A stretch of DNA of 32,000 nucleotides from a cyanobacterium endosymbiont of Rhopalodia gibberula (GTDB lineage: Bacteria > Cyanobacteriota > Cyanobacteriia > Cyanobacteriales > Microcystaceae). The translations under genes were made by a program, and so were the position numbers. Every line of letters starts with the position of its first letter. The first letter of the stretch is position 1. The notes beneath the pieces are model-generated. The model searched no databases and was not told where the DNA came from. It was given only the letters and a program-made list of their open reading frames with translations. The stretch spans positions 1,865,740 through 1,897,739 of the forward strand of contig NZ_AP018341.1 of assembly GCF_003574135.1 (NCBI RefSeq), in the 5' to 3' direction. Positions 1 through 8,507 of this stretch are shown here, piece by piece.

Positions 1-32
1 CAACAGTCATTGGAATAAACTCAATAGATTTC

Positions 33-236
33 ATGAGTAATTTACCTCAATCCCCTCAACCTACTGACATGCCATCTTTATCTCCTAATGCTACTCCTAG
101 TGACACATCATCAAGTTACGTCAGACTGGCAATGCGTAACATGGTTCGTAAAAGAGGAACTTCCATTAAGCACTTTGTAGTAACAACGGTAGGCTTATTA
201 GGATTTCTTATTAGCATTTCCTATTTAACTCGTTAA
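33..236 (+). CDS. small membrane protein, DUF3285-like cyanobacterial conserved hypothetical
   Basis: 67-aa ORF. S/T/P-rich N-terminus, then the basic stretch YVRLAMRNMVRKRGTS and a single C-terminal TM helix. It lies immediately upstream of ybeY. The family name is from memory. Confidence 0.5.
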   Translation: MSNLPQSPQPTDMPSLSPNATPSDTSSSYVRLAMRNMVRKRGTSIKHFVVTTVGLLGFLISISYLTR

Positions 237-249
237 AATCGAGGGTATC

Positions 250-786
250 ATGGCACCTTCTCCCGTAAAAACCTTAACTGTTGACCTTTATCTTCAGGAT
301 GTTTTTAACTGCGAAGCATCAAATGATTCAGATATCTCTGACATTATTACAGCAACTTGGCAACAGTGGATTCAAACTTGGTTAGAAGAACTACACTCAA
401 TAATTACTATATCCGGGGCTTACGAACTGAGTCTAAGGTTAACCAGCGATTACGAAATACAAACTTTGAATAACCAATATCGTCATAAAAACCAACCCAC
501 AGATGTCTTAGCGTTTGCCGCTCTTGAAGTTAAAGTTCCTCAATCATCGGAAAAAATAAGTGCTGATGAATCTCTATATTTAGGCGATATTATCATTTCG
601 GTGGATACAGCTAAACAACAGGCACGACAAAACCATCATTCTCTAACTGTAGAATTAGCATGGTTAGTGGCTCATGGACTTCTACACCTTTTAGGTTGGG
701 ATCATCCAGATGAAGAAAGTTTACTACAGATGCTTGCACAACAAGAAACTTTGTTAAAGCTTGTGGGCCTTCAGCCAAATAATTGA
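250..786 (+). CDS. ybeY: rRNA maturation endoribonuclease YbeY
   Basis: 178 aa. Zinc-binding motif HGLLHLLGWDH near the C-terminus. Size is typical for YbeY. Confidence 0.9.
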   Translation: MAPSPVKTLTVDLYLQDVFNCEASNDSDISDIITATWQQWIQTWLEELHSIITISGAYELSLRLTSDYEIQTLNNQYRHKNQPTDVLAFAALEVKVPQSSEKISADESLYLGDIIISVDTAKQQARQNHHSLTVELAWLVAHGLLHLLGWDHPDEESLLQMLAQQETLLKLVGLQPNN

Positions 787-866
787 TATATTGAATTAAT
801 TTAATTGTTTCAATTCCACAGTATTTCCAATAAGATTTAACAGTTCCATCGTAAAATTTTAAGATA

Positions 867-1394
867 ATGAAAACAAATTTACACTTGAACCAATCCTCCT
901 GTACTCAGTTAGTTGCCCCTTCCCCATTGCCTTCTGGTGTTTCCTTCAGGAGCTATCCTAGTCTTCAGACAAGCTCAACTGCAGAATTAAAATTACATTC
1001 CCAACGGCAATTGGCTTGGCAAATTGCCCCTAACTTGTTTTTAAGTTTTAAATATGCTTGGGCTGGCATTTGTTACGCTTTTGAGACTCAACGTAATTTC
1101 CGTATTCATACCGCCATGACCGTGATTGCCATTAGCCTAGGACTATTTTTACAAGTCACTGGTGTAGCCTTGGCTATTGTTTCTCTAACCTGCGCTCTCG
1201 TAATGGTTTTAGAGTTATTGAATACTGCTTTAGAATCGGTGGTTGATCTAACCGTAGGTCAGTCTTACCATATGCTAGCTAAAATTGCTAAAGATTGTGC
1301 TGCCGGAGCGGTAATGGTTGGGGCAATGGCAGCGGTTTTAGTCGCCAGTTTTATTTTGTTACCCTCTTTGGTTCCTTTTCTTCTTACCCTGTAA
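867..1394 (+). CDS. dgkA: diacylglycerol kinase (DgkA family) with N-terminal extension
   Basis: Three TM helices. DgkA motif ELLNTALESVVD and AKDCAAGAV. There is no alternative start before the conserved core. Confidence 0.85.
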   Translation: MKTNLHLNQSSCTQLVAPSPLPSGVSFRSYPSLQTSSTAELKLHSQRQLAWQIAPNLFLSFKYAWAGICYAFETQRNFRIHTAMTVIAISLGLFLQVTGVALAIVSLTCALVMVLELLNTALESVVDLTVGQSYHMLAKIAKDCAAGAVMVGAMAAVLVASFILLPSLVPFLLTL

Positions 1395-1470
1395 GACTTT
1401 GCGTTAAGGTCAAAGACAGATTTTGGGCGGAGACTAACTGCTCCCCCAGTAAGCCTCAAGGAGACAAGTA

Positions 1471-2100
1471 TTGATTCTTATTATCGATAATTACGACAGT
1501 TTTACTTACAATTTGGTGCAGTATTTAGGAGAACTGGGTGCCGAACTTCCCGTGGCTTTAGATATCCAAGTTTACCGTAATGATCAAATTACTCTTGATA
1601 AGATTCGTTATCTACAACCGAATGGAGTTGTGATTTCTCCAGGGCCAGGCCGTCCTGATGATGCAGGAATATCCCTCGCGTTAATTGAACAGTTAGGACC
1701 AACTCTACCCATTTTAGGGGTCTGTTTAGGTCATCAAAGTCTTGGTCAAGTTTATGGAGGACAGGTTGTAGCCGCACCTCTGTCAATGCACGGCAAAACC
1801 TCTCAGATCTATCATAGGGGAGTCGGAGTGTTTACAGGTTTAGAGAATCCTTTTAGTGCCACTCGTTATCATAGTTTAGTGGTAGATCGAGATAGCTTAC
1901 CACAAGTATTTGAAATAACTGCTTGGGTTGAAGACGGTACCATTATGGGGCTTCAACATAAAGGTTATCCTAACCTTCAAGGGGTGCAATTCCACCCGGA
2001 AAGTATCTTAACTCCATCAGGAAAACAACTTTTACGTAATTTTTTGGTCAGTTTGGAAAATTTTGACAATCAAGAAATCAAGAACGGGAAAATGTCTTAA
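1471..2100 (+). CDS. trpG: anthranilate/aminodeoxychorismate synthase glutamine amidotransferase component II
   Basis: N-terminus [22 protein letters not shown]. Catalytic GVCLGHQ and QFHPES. TTG start is preceded by AAGGAG 7 nt upstream. Confidence 0.9.
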   Translation: MILIIDNYDSFTYNLVQYLGELGAELPVALDIQVYRNDQITLDKIRYLQPNGVVISPGPGRPDDAGISLALIEQLGPTLPILGVCLGHQSLGQVYGGQVVAAPLSMHGKTSQIYHRGVGVFTGLENPFSATRYHSLVVDRDSLPQVFEITAWVEDGTIMGLQHKGYPNLQGVQFHPESILTPSGKQLLRNFLVSLENFDNQEIKNGKMS

Positions 2101-2162
2101 CCGTTTTGGTAACTGCTATAAATTCCAAAAGGAATAAGTTAATCAAATAAGTAATAGATAAA

Positions 2163-2221
2163 GTAGGGTGTTAACCAAAAACGAGTTTTTATAAGTCCAA
2201 GAACTTTTAGATTCACCCTAC
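2163..2221. repeat. 8-bp inverted arms GTAGGGTG / CACCCTAC around an AT-rich 43-nt spacer
   Basis: gtagggtg at 2163-2170 and its exact reverse complement caccctac at 2214-2221, about 60 nt after the trpG stop. The same GTAGGGTG end is seen at 5186. Confidence 0.35.
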
Positions 2222-4015
2222 CTACTATGCTTGACTAACAATTAAATCTTAGAATAAGTTTTAAGATTTAATTTGTATTAAAATTTATAGCTACACTTCA
2301 ACAATTTTTTCTCTTCTTAAGGAATAGGATTTATTCTAAAAACCAGTTTTATAAAAAAATGTTTAATTATTATCTTTTTATAGAGATAATCTTATAGAAG
2401 ATTACTAATATTTTTTAAACTTTAAACTTGAGATTTAATTTCTTTTACATCACTAGGTTTCTCTCTAGGTTTCTCTATTGTAGGTAAGTACAATAATTTT
2501 AAAAAACTTTTATATTTAGTTTTTAACAGTTGGTTATCTTGCTTTTAATACTGACATTACTTCTCAATCTTAATTTTTAGTTAAATTATTAATATTAATA
2601 TCTTCAAGAAGATAATATTGTCTTTTAATTCCTATAAGTAGTGGTCTATTTTGTTTTTAATACGCTCAGTTAACCTTCTTTATAACTTCATAATGGCGTA
2701 TTTTAGTTTCAGTATCTTTTCTCTTAATCAAAATAAAAAGAAGCAGTATATTTTAAATAAATTTGCCAAATTTTTGTGGATTTATAAAATTTAGTAGCAG
2801 ATTCTCAAATAAATTCTAATAAATCTCTTTTTTAAGAGTTATAAGTATATAAATTAGAAAGCCCGTTTGATAAATTTTTGCTGAAGTCAAAATTCTCATT
2901 AAAATAATTATTAAATATATTGTCAAACTCCTAATTTTTATCTTTTCTTTTTGTACTAATTACTCATATAAATTGAAGATTATTATAAAAACTTATAGTA
3001 TCTTATTGTTTTATATTACCTATTTCTTCTGTGCTTAAAACTTACTCAAATAGATTCTGAATCTCATCATAAAGTTTAATCAGTTTTTTAAAACTTTAGT
3101 ATTATTTTTCAAATACTTAAGTAACAATAGAATATCTTTTTTCAAGTAACTTCTTTGATTCTTTATGTTTATGTTCTCTTCATTGAAGAAGCTATGTTCA
3201 TGATAAAAAGAAAGTTTTAAAAAATTTTTTTGAGGTTGGTTATTATTAATAATATGTATGATTTTAGAAAAAATTATACACTCTTTCTGAATCCTAACTA
3301 ATTTATTATACGTATTGATGTTAAGGCAACTGTAATGTTAATACCTATCTAAATTTCAGTACTTACCAATTAACTAGGTGAATTTAAATAATTTTAATAT
3401 ATAAAAATAATTGGTAATAACCGTAGCATAAATATTATACTTGAATTTTTTAAAAAAAATTATGTTTACTATTGAACGTTTATTTGAAGTTTTTAATTAA
3501 AAGTTCTTGCTGAAGATAGATTTATTATTAAATAATATACGTATTAATGATAAGAGTTATTTAATGAATTTATAATAAATTCTGTTGTTAATTTAGAATA
3601 TTTTTTGGATAAAAATTAACTATTTATTAAATGTTAATAACAGTATTTATTTTCAATTAATTATGATAAGTAAGCAGAACAAACAGTCTAGTTAAACTCT
3701 CGTTCTAAGATTATTAAAGTTAATTAAGCGATTAGCTTATCTTCCAATCAATTGAGTTTTATGATCGACCAGCAATGATTATTCCTTGACTATTGGAAGA
3801 TCTTGAACATACTCTTCCTGTAGCTACTCGTTGGATCGAATATCCCGACCCTCTACCAATGCTGATGTCTAATACAATCAAGGAAAGACGATGTTAATTA
3901 GTAAATTTGCCGGAATTAAAAAATACAATCCCGATTTTCGAAAAAAATGTAAAAATTGAAACAATAGATACCAACTCTAATCACCAAAACTTAGAAATAG
4001 AGAAAAAATAGCATT

Positions 4016-4422
4016 TTAGGAGATACTTTTCGATATTTTTAGAGACTCTTCATTCAGAGAAAATAAAGGAGGAGTTTGATATAGATTTATCATTTTGTAG
4101 AGTAGACGAGAATTCGGTGATATATAACCATTTAAGATAGTTTTATATCTGTTGACCCTAAGGTCTAGGAATTTATCAGGAACAGTCCTAAAAAGATCAT
4201 GGGAGCAGTTTATCGATGATAGTCAGGAGTCATCCCATAAGTGGGTCAAGCTTCCCTGAAAGAAAAATAAATAATGTCAGATTTAGGTAACAAATTGAAA
4301 CCCTGTATTTCCTCACCGCAGTAAAATTGTCGCACAATTCGATCGTGACAAAGGTCGTAAAGATTGTCCACCGTCAAGACTTCAATCCAGTCATCACTTG
4401 AGCTATGTTGTAGGAACATCAT
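4016..4422 (-). pseudogene. frameshifted small gene of unknown family
   Basis: ATG-started 58-codon ORF at 4246..4422 (MMFLQHSSSDDWIEVLTVDNLYDLCHDRIVRQFYCGEEIQGFNLLPKSDIIYFSFREA). A 68-codon stop-free stretch with no start codon follows in another frame at 4019..4222 (LSSINCSHDLFRTVPDKFLDLRVNRYKTILNGYISPNSRLLYKMINLYQTPPLFSLNEESLKISKSIS). The region is GC-richer than the surrounding desert. Confidence 0.35.
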
Positions 4423-4555
4423 TTTTTTCGTTACTATTCCCTGACAATTTCAGTGCACACACATACCCAAGATAGTAAGTTAAACTATATACAATTTTGC
4501 AAAATAAAGCTGAAACTGTTAAGAATTAAGAGATAGTCTCCTTAAAAATATTAGC

Positions 4556-5122
4556 GTGAAAAATATTAACGTGTCCTTCAACTTTCCGTTAACCTTTCGT
4601 ATTTCTTCGCTTATCCGTATCACTTTAGTTAGTCTTTATTTTTCCCTGACTCTTCCCCTTCCCTTCCTTGTAGACGTTACATCCGTTTCTATTCCTCCTT
4701 TTATGTTATGGACAGGAATCGTCATGGGCTTCATAGTTTTAGTAGGAGCTTTAAGTGAACGGGTTATTGTGGATGAGGATACTATAAAAGTGACTTATCC
4801 TAGTTGGGTTCCCTCTTTTCTCTGTAAAGGATGGTCTTTGCCTTGGTCAGAAATTAAAGATTTAAGATTGCGCACTACTGGACAGGGGGGGCTTGTTTAC
4901 TATTTTGTTTCTCGTGAGGCTCAAACAGCGTATTTATTACCGATGCGAATCGCTGGATTTTCCCGTTTGGTAAATATTGTTACCGAAAAAACAGAAATTG
5001 ATACCACTGATATTCGTCCCTTACCTCAACCTTGGATGTATTTAGTTTTATTAGTATTAACTTTATTTTTAATAATAGTAGATGGCTGGACTATCACTAC
5101 TGCAATAGGTATGGGACGCTAG
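4556..5122 (+). CDS. conserved hypothetical membrane protein
   Basis: 188-aa ORF with GTG start. Two N-terminal TM helices and one C-terminal TM helix flank a soluble middle domain. Codon composition is gene-like. No family recognised. Confidence 0.6.
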   Translation: MKNINVSFNFPLTFRISSLIRITLVSLYFSLTLPLPFLVDVTSVSIPPFMLWTGIVMGFIVLVGALSERVIVDEDTIKVTYPSWVPSFLCKGWSLPWSEIKDLRLRTTGQGGLVYYFVSREAQTAYLLPMRIAGFSRLVNIVTEKTEIDTTDIRPLPQPWMYLVLLVLTLFLIIVDGWTITTAIGMGR

Positions 5123-5185
5123 AGAAACTAAAGTTTCTTGGGTGATTCTTCCCCTTTTTTCTACCGTAACTCACCAAAATGGTTT

Positions 5186-5219
5186 GTAGGGTGTGTCGCG
5201 TTGCGCTCATACATCCTAT
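5186..5219. repeat. eroded palindromic element (GTAGGGTGTGTCGCG arm plus decayed partner)
   Basis: The left arm is gtagggtgtgtcgcg. The expected right arm cgcgacacaccctac is recognisable as cgc..atacatcctat. In the 11-nt block I could align, every mismatch is a C-to-T change. Confidence 0.4.
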
Positions 5220-5819
5220 AGTTCTTCTAAGATTTACTTAATAAAAAGTTCTTTATTTTTTGAGAAAACATCTCCCATATGAACTACAGGGTAGGAAGAT
5301 TAGGTCTTATAAACTATATTATTTTTTAGTCTCATTTACAGGAATATAAATAGTTGCAGATAAATAAACAACCCTATATTAAAAACTTTTAAAAAAGCAT
5401 GTAAGTTTTCAAATTTTACTAAAGTAAAAATACTTTTTTAATAAAAGGCTTAAATAAAGTTCAGAACTAATAGAAAGATTAGTGAGTGTAAGTTTGGTAC
5501 TAATTTTGAATATACTTAGACAATATTTAGACTTTTCTCTTTAATTATTAGTCAATGAACTTACTATATTTTGTAATCCTTAACAAGAAATATTTCTACT
5601 TTTAAACTATTTTTTTTGAGTAAAATTTAATAGTTTATATTACTGCGATTACCAACTTATATTCGTATTTTTATAACCAAGTAAGTTTCAATAACTGTAA
5701 AATATAAAAGTAGTTTAAAAAGAGCAATCACTAGATATTAGTTTGTCTAAAAGTCTATCAAATACAATTATAAAAGTAAAAACTATCAAAGTTAACTTGT
5801 GTTCACAAATTACTCTAAA

Positions 5820-6640
5820 ATGAGAATGAAAACAGAAACCTTCTGTTTAGATCTAAGGGGCTGAAAAGTTAAAGAAAAATAGGTTAAACGATTAGAAGAT
5901 GAAATTTTAAAAACAATTTATATATGGATAATTTAAGGAATTAAATGATTTGGTTTTAACAAATAAAAAAAAGAAAAAATAGAAGAAAAAAATATAATAG
6001 TGGAGGATTATCTAGAATTTAAAAAAGAGAATAAATTAAACTAACTTTTAAATTAAATAAGTTCGCGATTTTTTTTAAAATGGTAAGAAATAGAAATAAA
6101 GAAAAGTGAGTATTATAATTAATAATCTACAAAAAGAGAAGCTAAAAAAGAAGATTAGAAGATATTGAGTTATTCAAAAAAAATAAAAGTATAAAGTTAA
6201 AATACTTAGATGAAGCAGGTTTATATTTATAAAACACAGTAATTTGTACTTATATAAAAATTAGGAAATAGAAAATGATTCCATAGAGTTAAATAGAATT
6301 AAAATTTGATCCAAAAATTGTAAAAATTTAAAGTTTGTTTTGTGAGAAAAGCTCTATTTTATTCAAGAAAACTTGTGAGCTATCTGAATATTATCTTAAC
6401 CATACTTAAACAAAATTTTTACAGATAAATTCGTAAAAATTACTAATATAATTGGAAATTATTAATCAATAAAATCAGTAAATATATCTTTTTAAACTTA
6501 TATTTAATTTGATTTCTACTAATAAATTAAATACTTTTTATTTCTCGTTTCTGTAAATATAAGTGAGTTAATTTTAGAAATCTAGCGCTAAAGAGAATTA
6601 GTTGACTGACCATTCTTTTCTAGAAGTGTCTTCGTTAGTG
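5820..6640 (+). mobile_element. fossil IS630-family (ISY100-like) transposase gene, heavily eroded
   Basis: Collinear remnants across frameshifts and stops. MKTETFCLDLRG*KV at 5826-5870 matches MSYSLDLRKKV. KTIYIWI at 5910-5930 matches ASIYRWL. KYLDEAGLYL at 6200-6229 matches FIDESGF (first D of the DDE triad). IIGNY*SIKS at 6448-6477 matches IMDNAPIHRK. STNKLNTF at 6515-6538 matches SPDLNDIE. Spacing agrees with a transposase of about 280 aa. Confidence 0.6.
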
Positions 6641-6856
6641 ATTACTTCTGATTTAGCTTTATAAAAACTATAAATTACCTTATCTCCGGCAAAATTATTG
6701 TATTTTTAAGGGGTATTTTAAATAATTTTAACTTTCAACAATGCGATCACTTCTCTCAATAAGTAGCCTCAGCTTTAAACACTGGGTATTACTTTTTACT
6801 AGGGGTTTATCTCAAAAAATGATTGAGGTTCTTGAAGTAGCTTCTAATTATTTATG

Positions 6857-7222
6857 AGGGTTAACAGCCGCTTTTATTTTAAACATTCTCAATTATCTTA
6901 ATTGGCGTTCTGATAGTAATTTTGATGTCAGTTTGTTTGAACACTGCATTATCTATAATCGTGAGCTGAACTTTATTGAAATGGGTTTATTTTGTCAGTG
7001 ATCATATCAGGCTTACTTAGAAAAAGCTAATTTAACCAAAAATATCATTGATAAAGAATGCATCCTCACCGAAAATTGTCAAATTTATTTTAAGTGGTCA
7101 GAGAAATTGTATATGGAGCTATGCCCTCTATCAATTAATTCATTAAACCAGTCAATAATAATCATTCTTGCCAACCGTTCTGAATCGTTTCTTTATTCTA
7201 GTCAATGCAATCTGATCTTTTA
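6857..7222 (+). pseudogene. possible eroded gene (pentapeptide-repeat-like?) with one internal TGA
   Basis: About 120 codons are open apart from one stop: ...WRSDSNFDVSLFEHCIIYNRELNFIEMGLFCQ*SYQAYLEKANLTKNIIDKECILTENCQIYFKWSEKL... There is a weak 5-residue periodicity with hydrophobic centres (AYLEK ANLTK NIIDK ECILT). Confidence 0.25.
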
Positions 7223-7577
7223 AGCAAATTACAAACCCCTGCCCGGAGATGGACACGAGATCTCATCAGATCAGAGGACAAATTAGCTTATCTTTTCCTT
7301 AAGTCTTGATTTCACAACCTGGACAAGCTCTATACACAAAATTTTCCTATAAATATCTATTGCTAAAACCTTATTTAGGTTGACAAAAAATAGCGATTTT
7401 CTCAAAAAGAGACAATGATACTTGTTGCCATCGGAACTCTCACTAATAAAAGTTAATGATGATTACCATAGAAATTAGCTAAATTAAACTTGAAAAACCA
7501 TTAAAGTTAATCTATGATTTGAGTAGGTTACTTAATACTTCAGCAGACTTAAAATCTCGCACTAGAGGAAACGCCCA

Positions 7578-8507
7578 TTGATTCAAGCCACCCTACATCA
7601 GTTAAAAGTCTTTGAGACTATGGCCCGTCATGGGAGTTTTACCCGTGCAGCAGAAGAATTGTTAATTACTCAACCTACAGTATCAAGTCAAATTAAACAA
7701 CTAACAAAAGTCATTGGTCTACCGTTGTTTGAACAAATTGGCAAACGTCTTTATCTAACTGAAGCCGGAAAAGAATTACTTCAAACATGTCAGGAGATCT
7801 TTGGAAGGTTAGAAAATTTTGAGATGAAAGTAGCGGACTTAAAAGGAACCCGACAAGGACAATTAAGATTAGCAATTATTACCACAGCAAAATATTTTAT
7901 TCCTCGAATTTTAGGTACATTTTGCCAACAATATCCCGGCATTGATATCTCCTTAAATGTCACCAATCATCAACATATCCAGGAACGTATGATGGAAAAC
8001 CGAGATGATTTGTATGTTGTAAGTGAACCTCCTGATGGCATGGGATTATCAACTCAACCTTTTCTTGATAATAATTTAGTAGTGATTGCCCCTAAAAACC
8101 ATCCATTAGCGGGAAAACAAAATATTCCTATCACCAATCTTGATGATGAAGTTTTCATCATGCGTGAATCAGGCTCAGGGACTCGACGGGCAATACAAAA
8201 GCTGTTCTATCAACATGGTTTATCTGTTGAAGTACGCCTAGAATTAGGAAGTAATGAGGCGATTAAACATGCGATCGCAGGTAACCTAGGGATTTCTATT
8301 CTTTCTCAACATACGCTTATTTCTGAGGGAAAGGATAGTGAACTAACTATACTTGATGTGGAACATTTTCCGATCAGACGTCGTTGGTATGTAGCATATT
8401 TAGAAGATAAACAACTATCAGTGGTAGCTCAAGCGTTTTTAGACTATCTACTTCAAGAGAACGCGAATTTTTCTGTCCCTCCTGTTAGTCTCCTAGCAAA
8501 AGCTTGA
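7578..8507 (+). CDS. LysR-family transcriptional regulator, CmpR/NdhR(CcmR)/CbbR-like
   Basis: N-terminus IQATLHQLKVFETMARHGSFTRAAEELLITQPTVSSQIKQLTK is near-identical in pattern to the cyanobacterial inorganic-carbon regulators. TTG start has GAGGA upstream. Full-length LysR substrate-binding domain. Confidence 0.85.
   Translation: MIQATLHQLKVFETMARHGSFTRAAEELLITQPTVSSQIKQLTKVIGLPLFEQIGKRLYLTEAGKELLQTCQEIFGRLENFEMKVADLKGTRQGQLRLAIITTAKYFIPRILGTFCQQYPGIDISLNVTNHQHIQERMMENRDDLYVVSEPPDGMGLSTQPFLDNNLVVIAPKNHPLAGKQNIPITNLDDEVFIMRESGSGTRRAIQKLFYQHGLSVEVRLELGSNEAIKHAIAGNLGISILSQHTLISEGKDSELTILDVEHFPIRRRWYVAYLEDKQLSVVAQAFLDYLLQENANFSVPPVSLLAKA
8271..8278. repeat. HIP1 octamer GCGATCGC
   Basis: The only intact copy I saw. 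Several one-off variants occur elsewhere, e.g. gcgatcac at 6742-6749 and 21520-21527. Confidence 0.8.

Noticed and set aside
1265-1786. ORFs 1265..1459(-) and 1589..1786(-)
   Set aside because: They are antisense shadow ORFs overlapping dgkA and trpG, with no recognisable features.
7379-7384. TTGACA hexamer as the -35 of the LysR regulator promoter
   Set aside because: No acceptable -10 hexamer lies 16-18 nt downstream. A single hexamer match in AT-rich DNA is not evidence.
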